A stretch of 64,000 bases of DNA from a virus: the IMG/VR virus record IMGVR_UViG_3300037149_000100; one strand, 5' to 3'. Shown in pieces: positions 40,646 to 48,320 of this stretch; within the stretch, counting starts at the first letter, position 1; each line of letters starts with the position of its first letter. The notes under the pieces are model-generated. The model was not told where the DNA came from and searched no databases. It saw only the letters and a program-made list of their open reading frames with translations. The position numbers and the translations under genes were made by a program.

Positions 40646-40754
40646 TTCGCTGAAGGCCATTGGTGAATTAGGAGAATCCCCTCCTAGCTGATGGTGTTGT
40701 TGTGAGACTTGGGAAAGTCCAGGGGTGCCGATACACTCTCTTCAGTGAACCTAT

Positions 40755-40821
40755 CTCACTCGTAGCTCAGTTGGTAGAGCTTCAGTTTGTCGGGAGTTCG
40801 AGTCTCTCCGAGTGCGTTCCA
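40755..40821 (+). ncRNA. tRNA-like RNA lacking the anticodon arm
   Basis: Acceptor CACTCG/CGAGTG, canonical D arm and T arm, only about 11 nt between them. Confidence 0.6.
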
Positions 40822-40940
40822 AGAGTCAAGTCGTGAGACTTCGCGGTGTCTGTGAGCAGGATAAGGTCGCAGCGGGACAATGGAAGGGACGGATCGATAT
40901 GCCGTCACCGGAACCTAACCGGTAACTTTTTCGTAAACAT

Positions 40941-41027
40941 GCAACAGCAACAAAGTTGGAGAGTTGTGGCAGGCCGTAACCCTGTTGGATTAATCCTGAG
41001 AGAGTTCGAATCTCTCCTGTTGCACCA
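40941..41027 (+). tRNA. tRNA-Tyr(GTA), C33 variant
   Basis: Loop CCGTAAC, long variable arm, ACCA. Confidence 0.8.
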
Positions 41028-41030
41028 AAT

Positions 41031-41117
41031 GTCGGTCGCGCCTCACTGGACGGGGCACCAGTCTGTAAAACTGGCGGGAGCAATCCCTACTGGGTTCGAT
41101 TCCCAGGGTCGGCACCA
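41031..41117 (+). tRNA. tRNA-Tyr(GTA)
   Basis: Loop CTGTAAA, long variable arm, ACCA. Confidence 0.85.
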
Positions 41118-41118
41118 T

Positions 41119-41194
41119 GGCCCCATAGCTTAAACGGATAGAGCTTAGCCCTGCGAAGGCTACGGTTCCGGTTCAATTCCGGATGGGACTACCA
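41119..41194 (+). tRNA. tRNA-Arg(GCG)
   Basis: Loop CTGCGAA, ACCA. Confidence 0.8.
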
Positions 41195-41261
41195 AGTCTT
41201 GGTTGACAAAAAAGGTCATGATAAACATCGAACTTCTTCTTCCTCCTTTGTAGGAGAGAGC

Positions 41262-42317
41262 ATGAAAGTTCTGTTTATTCTGAAGCACAGGGACACTTAC
41301 TGGGGGGACTACTCCTCAACTACCACTTTGTCGTCTGGGCTATCTAATTCGGCCCAGTTCGTCTGCGATGCGTTGAATCTTTCAGGTGAGATCACCGCTA
41401 AGCTGGTGCAAGTAGAGGACAACAATCAAATTGACAAGGAAGTCACCCTATTCCGGCCTGATGTCTGCATTATCGAGGCTTACTGGGTTGTTCCGGAGAA
41501 GTTTGGGGTTCTGATTCCCCTTCACCCCCAGGTCAAATGGGTTGTTCACAACCATAGCGAGATTCCTTTCCTGGCCCAAGAGGGCATTGCAATTGATTGG
41601 AGCATTCGTTATCTTCAATACCCGAATGTCTTCGTCAGTGGCAACTCCCCACGGTCCTACCAGGACATGATTAATTTCCTGGTTCCAGTATATGGATTTG
41701 ATGCCATCAAACGGGTTCTGTTCCTGCCCAACATCTACCCATCTGTCCATCGTCGTCACTGCATCCCAAAGAAGCGGAACCACACCTTGGATATCAGTTG
41801 CTTCGGGGCCATCCGGCCCTTGAAGAACCACCTTCTCCAGGCTATGACTGCTATCGACTATGCGAACCAACGGCATTACAACTTGCGTTTCCACATTAAT
41901 GGGAGTAGAATTGAGGGGGGCTCAGCCTCAAACTCAATTCTCAAGAATCTGCAACTGTTGTTCCAGCACACACCCAACTGCGAATTAGTTGAACATCCTT
42001 GGTATCCACATGACGAGTTTCTGGGTATTATGGAACAGATGGATGTTTCGATGCAAGTCAGCTTCAGCGAGACGTTTAACATCATCTCAGCGGATGCGGC
42101 GACTGTCGGAGTCCCTATCGTCACTTCTTCTGAAGTGCTTTGGGCACCATGGTTCACCAGAGCCACCCCTACCTCCGCTCGTAGCATCCGGAAACGGCTG
42201 GACTTCATGCTGAAGTATGGCCCTCTCCCCGCAGTCGAGTGGTTGGTCCAGAACAGTCTGAATACTTACAGCAAAGAATCGCTGAAACAGTGGCTGTTTG
42301 ACTTGAAGAAACTGTAA
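41262..42317 (+). CDS. Glycosyltransferase (GT-B/GT4-like)
   Basis: FGAIRPLKN, SFSETFNI..AD...GVPIV. Confidence 0.75.
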   Translation: MKVLFILKHRDTYWGDYSSTTTLSSGLSNSAQFVCDALNLSGEITAKLVQVEDNNQIDKEVTLFRPDVCIIEAYWVVPEKFGVLIPLHPQVKWVVHNHSEIPFLAQEGIAIDWSIRYLQYPNVFVSGNSPRSYQDMINFLVPVYGFDAIKRVLFLPNIYPSVHRRHCIPKKRNHTLDISCFGAIRPLKNHLLQAMTAIDYANQRHYNLRFHINGSRIEGGSASNSILKNLQLLFQHTPNCELVEHPWYPHDEFLGIMEQMDVSMQVSFSETFNIISADAATVGVPIVTSSEVLWAPWFTRATPTSARSIRKRLDFMLKYGPLPAVEWLVQNSLNTYSKESLKQWLFDLKKL

Positions 42318-42388
42318 TACAAGCTGGTGCCTGCGTGACCGTCCCAGTCATAAGAGCAAAGGTCGTTAAAATTGCCACCAGTTTCCTT

Positions 42389-42476
42389 GGAAGATCGGCA
42401 AAGTTGGAGAGTTGCACTAGTTTGCTAAACTAGAGGCGTTCGCGTCTAGAGGGTTCGATTCCCTTATCTTCCGCCA
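42389..42476 (+). tRNA. tRNA-Ser(GCT)
   Basis: Loop TTGCTAA, long variable arm, GCCA. Confidence 0.85.
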
Positions 42477-42477
42477 T

Positions 42478-42593
42478 AAGACCCTAACAGCAATTAAAAT
42501 TCCCTGTTAAGGAGGTGGTAGCAGGTCCGACTCCTGCCGAACTGACATATCAGTTCGTAGCTCATCGGTCAGAGCACCTAGAAATTGGGTCTT
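42478..42593 (+). ncRNA. Circularly permuted tRNA-like RNA
   Basis: AAGACCC/GGGTCTT stem, TAACAGCAA, CTGTTAA, T arm, closed acceptor hairpin, D arm. Confidence 0.75.
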
Positions 42594-42771
42594 GATTTAT
42601 CTGGGTTCAGCAATGTGCTGTGGGGCCACCCCCACGGTTCCGGAGACGTTAGCTGACGAAAGCTGAGGGACGCTTCCCTTGGGCCAACCCCTTCGTGATC
42701 AATCGGCTGGTACTACGTGAGAGTCGTAGCTTGCCACCCCCGATGGTGGGCTGTAGCAGATCACGATTCAC

Positions 42772-42849
42772 GCTCCTATGGCGCAATTGGCGAGACGCCT
42801 ATGACTCAGACTCATAGTTCTGTCGGTTCGACTCCGACTAGGAGCACCA
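42772..42849 (+). tRNA. tRNA-Leu(CAG) with short variable loop
   Basis: Loop CTCAGAC, ACCA. Confidence 0.8.
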
Positions 42850-42850
42850 A

Positions 42851-42943
42851 AAGACCCTAACAGCAATTAACCCTTTTGCCTTGTACAGCAAACGAAGCGT
42901 GGTTCGACTCCACGGATGGCGTGGGCCTAGTTAAACGGGTCTT
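42851..42943 (+). ncRNA. AGAC-TAACAGCAA family element with T arm
   Basis: AAGACCC/GGGTCTT stem, TAACAGCAA, CGTGG-TTCGACT-CCACG. Confidence 0.65.
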
Positions 42944-42961
42944 GACTTTTTGCATCACCAT

Positions 42962-43038
42962 AGTCTCATCGTCTAGTGGCCAAGGACGCTTGCCTCTCAC
43001 GCAAGAAATCACGGGTTCGACTCCCGTTGGGACTACCA
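42962..43038 (+). tRNA. tRNA-Glu(CTC)
   Basis: Loop CTCTCAC, ACCA. Confidence 0.88.
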
Positions 43039-43153
43039 AAGACTCTAACAGCAATCCAAAATTCCCTGTTAAGGACGAGGTAGTGGGTCCGACTCCCACT
43101 GAGGCAGCACATAGCCTCATAGCTCATCGGTAGAGCGCGTATAAACGAGTCTT
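43039..43153 (+). ncRNA. Circularly permuted tRNA-like RNA
   Basis: AAGACTC/GAGTCTT stem, TAACAGCAA, CTGTTAA, T arm, TGAGGC/GCCTCA acceptor hairpin, D arm. Confidence 0.75.
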
Positions 43154-43159
43154 GACCAT

Positions 43160-43233
43160 GGTCCCATGGTGTAATGGAAACATACCTGCCTGTCACGTAG
43201 GAGAAGCGAGGTCAGTACTCGTTGGGACCGCCA
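43160..43233 (+). tRNA. tRNA-Asp(GTC) with atypical T loop
   Basis: Loop CTGTCAC, T loop GTCAGTA, GCCA. Confidence 0.75.
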
Positions 43234-43284
43234 AAATTCAACTATTGAATCCTCTGTAGCGGGGAGTACGCAGCCCGTTACGGT

Positions 43285-43476
43285 GTGGATGTTCTGGAAG
43301 AACGCTTCGAAGATGGTGAGGCAGCGATCATCAACGACCCCGATCCTCAGTGGGTCGCGTGGTATGACAACCGGTTGTTCTCCAACCTCTACCTAGAGTG
43401 GAATCGGCAACACCCGGAACTCCCTCCCATCGATCCTGATGAGGAGCCAGATGAACCGGATGAACCAGAAGATTAA
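43285..43476 (+). CDS. Small acidic protein
   Basis: RBS GGGGAG; 63-aa ORF. Confidence 0.5.
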   Translation: MDVLEERFEDGEAAIINDPDPQWVAWYDNRLFSNLYLEWNRQHPELPPIDPDEEPDEPDEPED

Positions 43477-43483
43477 AAACCAT

Positions 43484-43569
43484 GCGACTGTACCCGAATT
43501 GGTATAGGGGCCAGCTTGAGGTGCTGGTGGTGCAAGCCATTGTGGGTTCGAGTCCCACCAGTCGTACCA
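43484..43569 (+). tRNA. tRNA-Leu(GAG)
   Basis: Loop TTGAGGT, long variable arm, ACCA. Confidence 0.88.
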
Positions 43570-43865
43570 TTCTGGCACTAACCAGTAGGGCCTGTTCGAT
43601 GGGTTCGAAACCGGAGATCAGTGGCTCAGCTTACTACCCTTTGATGTTTGCTGAGTGAAACCTACTGGGAGTATAAAGCCTTTGCCGCCAACGTAGCGGA
43701 TAATACCGAAAGTATTTTGTGCTCTTTCGGGCCAGATAATCAAAGCCCACGGAAGATGATGGGGTTAAAGTCTCCTTCCACTACCAACATGTGGATGCTC
43801 ATGACGAGCGCCGTGGTGCCAATCGTTACCCCTAGAGTTTTGGAGATTTAGGGGTAACTCAGCCT

Positions 43866-43939
43866 GTGGCTATAGTTCAATGGTAGAACGGAAGATTGTG
43901 ATTCTTCTCATGAGGGTTCGATTCTCTCTAGTCACCCCA
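43866..43939 (+). tRNA. tRNA-His(GTG)
   Basis: Loop TTGTGAT, C73, CCA; position -1 is T. Confidence 0.85.
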
Positions 43940-44048
43940 TTCACTAGACCAGGACAAGGTTGTCCCTTCTCGCCGGAGAGGTCTGAGGTTCGATTCCTCT
44001 TAAAGACGGTCAAGTGGTTCGATTCCACAGTCTAGTGATTCATTCAAT

Positions 44049-44135
44049 GCCCGTAGCGCCACACGGTCGAGGCAGACGCCTGATAAGCGTCCTACGTAAC
44101 AGTTCAAGCAGGTTCGACTCCTGCTGCGGGTACCA
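44049..44135 (+). tRNA. tRNA-Ile(GAT) with long variable region
   Basis: Loop CTGATAA, ACCA. Confidence 0.8.
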
Positions 44136-44436
44136 ATCTTAGGGCGGCGTGGGATATAGACACGCAATCAGGCACTGATCCTGTCTGATACTTGAGGTGC
44201 TAACTGGAGGCGAACGTGAACAAATCCAGGACAACATGTGTGAGTGGCCATACCGCATGTTAGAAGCTGTGGGAGTCATGCCCCATCTCTAAGACTTTTC
44301 TTCGCCAAAACGCAGTATTAGATTGCAGGTAGCAACATCACCTGGAACCGCCCGATCCAACAGTGCCGAATTATAGTAACATTCTGACAAACAATCGGCC
44401 AATCGGGCGAGTTTATTTGACAATCAGTAAATCCAG

Positions 44437-44509
44437 TGCGGGACAGACCGGCCCTAGTTCAGGCCCATAACCTGATACGCAGGAGGTTCAATTCCTCCTC
44501 CCGCTTCCA
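44437..44509 (+). tRNA. tRNA-Met(CAT), initiator-like, C33, weak D arm
   Basis: 1:72 mismatch, loop CCCATAA, TCCA end. Confidence 0.7.
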
Positions 44510-44530
44510 TAATCATTTCAACACTTACAT

Positions 44531-44607
44531 GCCAGCCAAGCCAACTCGGGTGAGGCGCGAGATTCATATCCTCGATACGACCAGTTCGAAACTGGTGGCT
44601 GGTACCA
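44531..44607 (+). tRNA. tRNA-Met/Ile2(CAT)
   Basis: Loop TTCATAT, ACCA. Confidence 0.8.
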
Positions 44608-44609
44608 TT

Positions 44610-44691
44610 GGGTTAGAAGCAGAACGGTGCTGCACCAGCCTCTTAAGCTGGCTCTTCGGACTTGCGGGTTCAAATCCCGTCTAACCCACCA
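44610..44691 (+). tRNA. tRNA-Lys(CTT) with extended variable region
   Basis: Loop CTCTTAA, ACCA. Confidence 0.85.
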
Positions 44692-44791
44692 AAGCAGTAG
44701 CGGTGTTCAGCGGTTCTAGAGCCAATGAAGAATTCGGGGATAAATGCCTCTCCGTCTACAGCCTACCAGGGTTCTAGAACCCTGGTCTTAT

Positions 44792-44869
44792 GGGTCGATA
44801 GCTCAGGTCGGTTAGAGCGAAGGACTGAAAATCCTTAGATCCCTGTTCGAGATCAGGGTCGGCCCACCA
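44792..44869 (+). tRNA. tRNA-Phe(GAA)
   Basis: Loop CTGAAAA, ACCA. Confidence 0.85.
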
Positions 44870-44880
44870 TAAAACAAAAT

Positions 44881-44964
44881 GCTCCTATAGGCGAACTGGT
44901 CTAGCCACTGGATTTAGGTTCCAGGCCCTCGGGCGTCTCGGTTCGACTCCGAGTAGGAGCACCA
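44881..44964 (+). tRNA. tRNA-Leu(TAG)
   Basis: Loop TTTAGGT, variable arm, ACCA. Confidence 0.85.
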
Positions 44965-45000
44965 AAAAGTTGCTACCACACTCTCTAAAGAGGTGGGGCA

Positions 45001-45426
45001 TTGAACATTAAACAAGTCATCAAAGCAATTGGAAGACTCAACGAACGGGTAGCCGTATGGGGCACCAAGTGGTTTGGTTCCATGGTGGTGTTCTACCTGT
45101 TCTTCATCTGGGGCATGTTAGGCTTGATGCCGTTCATTCCCAAGAGCTTCCAAGACATCATCCTACTGGTCAGTTCTGCCTGGATTCAGTTGTGGGCGTT
45201 ACCTCTTTTGGCGGTCGGCACCGCAGTGCTGAATCGCACCTCGGAGGCACGGGCCTCCCAGGACCACGAGACCATCAAGAGCGAGTTCGAAGAAGTGAAG
45301 AACATGCACAAAGAAAATAGTGAGCTTCTCCGACTACTTAACGAGGAGACTGACGCTGACCGAGAGATGGATGCACGGATAAAACGCATCGAAACGATGT
45401 TGCTGGAGCAGAAGCATCAGAAGTAA
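45001..45426 (+). CDS. Membrane protein (DUF1003-like)
   Basis: FGSM..FY.F..W, two TM segments, SSAWIQL.ALPLL.VG, coiled coil. Confidence 0.6.
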   Translation: MNIKQVIKAIGRLNERVAVWGTKWFGSMVVFYLFFIWGMLGLMPFIPKSFQDIILLVSSAWIQLWALPLLAVGTAVLNRTSEARASQDHETIKSEFEEVKNMHKENSELLRLLNEETDADREMDARIKRIETMLLEQKHQK

Positions 45427-45428
45427 AT

Positions 45429-45504
45429 GGGTCCAAGGTGTTGAGGCGTGGCACACTGGTTTCGCACTCCAGAAGATCGAGTTGAACTCTCGATGGATCC
45501 ACCA
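45429..45504 (+). tRNA. tRNA-Ala(CGC)
   Basis: G3:U70, loop TTCGCAC, ACCA. Confidence 0.75.
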
Positions 45505-45539
45505 AATTGACTTTTCAAACCCTTAACTGAGGGGATTCA

Positions 45540-46016
45540 ATGTATCCAAGCCAAGCCACCAGGATGCTCTTTCGGTTGAAAAACCTACGTCTGCTACCTA
45601 AAGAGCTAGCCAGCAGGGCAAATGCCCAATGGCAAAAGCACGGAGACGCAATTTGGGAAGGATGTGGAACCCCAGAGGGCGATGGTATCTCAGCTTGGCT
45701 AGGTGATTTTGATGCCATGGGTGATGCTGATGAAGAGTTTCAGCGCAGTCGTGATATCTTAATGGCTGGAAAAGTATTATATCGAATCAGAGTGCAACAG
45801 AAAGAGATGAATTGGTCTGGGTTCAGTTTCCTCACCTACGGAAGATTCTGTCACTATGTTGGGCCACTCCCTCTGGCCTCACTGGAAAAGGTGCCCCTCG
45901 ATAAGTATGAGGATTGGTATGAGGTCTGTCCCAAGTGTTTGAAAGACACTGAGTTTCCAGATGAAGAAGATGGCTGTAAATGTAACCCTACCCCATTTGA
46001 AGAAGAACATTACTAA
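45540..46016 (+). CDS. Hypothetical protein
   Basis: RBS GAGGGG; C-terminal CPKC. Confidence 0.55.
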   Translation: MYPSQATRMLFRLKNLRLLPKELASRANAQWQKHGDAIWEGCGTPEGDGISAWLGDFDAMGDADEEFQRSRDILMAGKVLYRIRVQQKEMNWSGFSFLTYGRFCHYVGPLPLASLEKVPLDKYEDWYEVCPKCLKDTEFPDEEDGCKCNPTPFEEEHY

Positions 46017-46166
46017 CACCACGTGAGCCCTACCGTGGTAAAACAAAGGGTGGGTGATTGAAACTCGGCTGTCAAGCCAAGCTGCTCAGACATGGCGGAA
46101 CTTTCAATCTCACGGCAGTCCCTAAAACTGCTCAATTCGAGTATTAAACCTTTAGGAGTAGAAAAA

Positions 46167-46577
46167 ATGAAAATTGGTGATATCGTAACACTCAAAACCG
46201 GTGGTCCTCAGATGGGCATCGAATCTCTCTACAGCGCAGAGCCGGTGAATCGTTGGATCTGTGTGTGGTTCAAGGAAGGAATTGGCCATCAGAGGCTGGT
46301 TCATACGGAAGATGAGTTGACTTTGGTTGGAGCGGAAATCAAGGCTGCGGTTGAGACGAAACTGGAAGAGGCCAAGGCAGTGGTCGAGATTGCGGAAACC
46401 AAGGCTGCGGCTGAAGTTGCCAAGGTTGAAGTTCAAGCCAAGGCCGTTGAAGTCAAGGTTGAGGCGGAAGTCGCCAAGGCTGAAGTCCAGGCTGAGGCGG
46501 TTAAAACTGAAGTCGAAACCAAGGTTGAGACTGAAGTTGCCAAGGTTGAACCCAAGGCTCCCAAGGCTCAAAAATAA
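46167..46577 (+). CDS. YodC/DUF2158-like domain plus Ala/Glu/Lys/Val-rich repeat
   Basis: KIGDIVTLKTGGPQM...CVWF; EVAKVEV repeats. Confidence 0.7.
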   Translation: MKIGDIVTLKTGGPQMGIESLYSAEPVNRWICVWFKEGIGHQRLVHTEDELTLVGAEIKAAVETKLEEAKAVVEIAETKAAAEVAKVEVQAKAVEVKVEAEVAKAEVQAEAVKTEVETKVETEVAKVEPKAPKAQK

Positions 46578-46665
46578 TAAAAATTGTTGGACACCCTGGT
46601 TGCAAATACAGGGCGAATGTGATAGGGCGGTATCTATAAGTCGTGCCCTGTCCAACATCCATCAG

Positions 46666-46739
46666 TGCGGAGTAGCTCAGTGAAAGAGCACCGGGCTTAG
46701 TTCCGGAGGTCGGTGGTTCAAGTCCATCCTCCGCAACCA
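46666..46739 (+). tRNA. tRNA with fMet-like body and a non-canonical 6-nt anticodon loop
   Basis: CCGGG-CTTAGT-TCCGG; normal D and T arms; ACCA. Confidence 0.65.
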
Positions 46740-46796
46740 ATGCGTAACAGCCCCAGGTAGTGGGGGAGCCGGTTCTTAGCGCAACACCGGTATCAT

Positions 46797-46864
46797 ACGA
46801 CACGCACAGGGTGCAGATTGGACTCCAAATCCGATCTTGCGGAGTTCGAGCCTCCGGTGTCGTG
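46797..46864 (+). tRNA. tRNA-Trp(CCA) with minimal D arm
   Basis: Loop CTCCAAA; no encoded CCA. Confidence 0.7.
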
Positions 46865-46870
46865 CATAAA

Positions 46871-46950
46871 GGGGCATAGGGCTACTTGGGGTGGCCGCTT
46901 CCATGGCATGGAAGATATTCAGACGAGTTCAATTCTCGTATGCTCCACCA
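46871..46950 (+). tRNA. tRNA-Ala(GGC)
   Basis: G3:U70, loop ATGGCAT, ACCA. Confidence 0.8.
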
Positions 46951-47060
46951 TTTCAACACTTAAGACACACACAGCATTCAAATGGATAACGCCTTCGGGC
47001 CATTTGGTTCAAACCCAAAAATGCATCTTGATTTTCTGTTCCAAGGTTAGAGGTGCTTGC

Positions 47061-47795
47061 ATGAGATTCCTAACCTTAATCACTCTTTTGTTTTGCCTAG
47101 CCTTTCCAATGAGGGCTCAATCAGATCCGGATTGGCTGTCCGTATACGGACTCGGCAACAGCACCTCCACTCTCAGCAGCACCTCTAGCCCCTCTGGGGA
47201 TTCAATCCAAACTCACGGAGCTGGATGGGCCGCTCAGATTCAATGGAAGGAAGGTTGGAATCCTGATCAGGCTATTCAATGGCCCTTCTTCGAGTTCCGC
47301 TCTTATGCTCAAGGGCTCAACTCCACCACCGCAAATTGGGAAAGCTGGAGCATTGGTGATCGTTTCTACCCCAATTGGAATGCGTTAAAATACGAAAAGA
47401 TTCGAATCGGATTCGTCGGAGCGGTAGGCCGTTTAGTTGGAACCAACACCGTTCAGGCCACAACTTCTACAGCCGGTGGGGTCACTACCACAACTACTGC
47501 AACTTCCTCAAATTCAGTTTATGGGGGACAAGGGCGGGTAGCTCTCCGAATGGATCGAATTGAACGTAACGACCCAGCGAGTGGAAGCTGGGCTGAGTTT
47601 GGTATGATGTGGGATCCAATCATCGGTGAGGACAACGTATATCTTACGGGTCATTACATCATCTTCGGGCGTAAGAACCTTCAGGTATTTCTTGAACCCA
47701 CAACCAATTTCCATATGGGAAGTGGTGCAAAACAGAAAGATCAATTCAGTTTGTATTACGGAGTGAAGTTCAGTCTAGGTTCTTTGCTTCAATAA
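47061..47795 (+). CDS. Secreted, probable outer-membrane beta-rich protein
   Basis: Signal peptide; alternating aromatic strands ending YYGVKF. Confidence 0.6.
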   Translation: MRFLTLITLLFCLAFPMRAQSDPDWLSVYGLGNSTSTLSSTSSPSGDSIQTHGAGWAAQIQWKEGWNPDQAIQWPFFEFRSYAQGLNSTTANWESWSIGDRFYPNWNALKYEKIRIGFVGAVGRLVGTNTVQATTSTAGGVTTTTTATSSNSVYGGQGRVALRMDRIERNDPASGSWAEFGMMWDPIIGEDNVYLTGHYIIFGRKNLQVFLEPTTNFHMGSGAKQKDQFSLYYGVKFSLGSLLQ

Positions 47796-47799
47796 CTAA

Positions 47800-47879
47800 G
47801 GGGATGTAGCTCAGTCTGGTTCCAGAGCGTCAGGCCGTTAACCTGAAGCGCATCGGTTCAAATCCGATCATCCTCGCCA
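47800..47879 (+). tRNA. tRNA-Asn(GTT), C33 variant
   Basis: Loop CCGTTAA, GCCA. Confidence 0.8.
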
Positions 47880-47883
47880 GTAT

Positions 47884-47961
47884 TCCCTCTTAGCTCAGTC
47901 TGGTAGATGCGCGAAGCTGTTAACTTCGATGTCGTCCGTTCAAATCGGACAGGGGGTGCCA
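47884..47961 (+). tRNA. tRNA-Asn(GTT)
   Basis: Loop CTGTTAA, GCCA. Confidence 0.8.
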
Positions 47962-47963
47962 AT

Positions 47964-48048
47964 CGGAATGTGGGTCAGGGGTTGACCACCTGTTTTGGGT
48001 ACAGGGCTGTAATGGCACACGCAGGTTCGAATCCTGTCATTCCGACCA
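47964..48048 (+). tRNA. tRNA-Pro(TGG) with long variable region
   Basis: CGG start, loop TTTGGGT, ACCA. Confidence 0.85.
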
Positions 48049-48175
48049 TAGACCCCACGTGAGCCTCACCGTGGTTAAATAAGAGGATGATGGACTTGGC
48101 AGAATTAACGTTTCACCAGCTTGCAATGGAGATTCTGTCAAGCGGCCCCTCGTCTCGTTCAATGCGAGACACTAT

Positions 48176-48249
48176 GCCGCTTTAGTATATTGGTATTACT
48201 CATCTTTGGTAAGGATGTGAAACCGGTTCGATTCCGGTAAGCGGCTCCA
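48176..48249 (+). tRNA. tRNA-Thr(GGT)
   Basis: Loop TTGGTAA, TCCA. Confidence 0.85.
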
Positions 48250-48252
48250 GTC

Positions 48253-48320
48253 TATCTAGTAACTCAACAGAACAGAGTCCCCGGTGGTAACCAAGAGGGG
48301 TTCGATTCCCCAGCTATGCA
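48253..48320 (+). pseudogene. Degenerate tRNA-like sequence
   Basis: D arm ACTC/GAGT and T arm GGGG-TTCGATT-CCCC; acceptor and anticodon stems poor. Confidence 0.45.

Noticed and set aside
40755-40925. tmRNA (one- or two-piece)
   Set aside because: No G3:U70 Ala acceptor and no tag reading frame identified
42323-42382. Twister-like ribozyme (contains GTCCCA)
   Set aside because: Hairpins are present, but the conserved pseudoknot partners were not found
42876-43133. Short ORFs across the tRNA array (e.g. 40846, 42876, 43648, 44436, the 5' part of 46818)
   Set aside because: They overlap tRNA or structured RNA and have no RBS
48051-48150. HDV-like (theta) or pistol ribozyme after tRNA-Pro
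   Set aside because: Could not build P1/P1.1 or the pistol P2/P3 core; a simple pseudoknot fits both copies better
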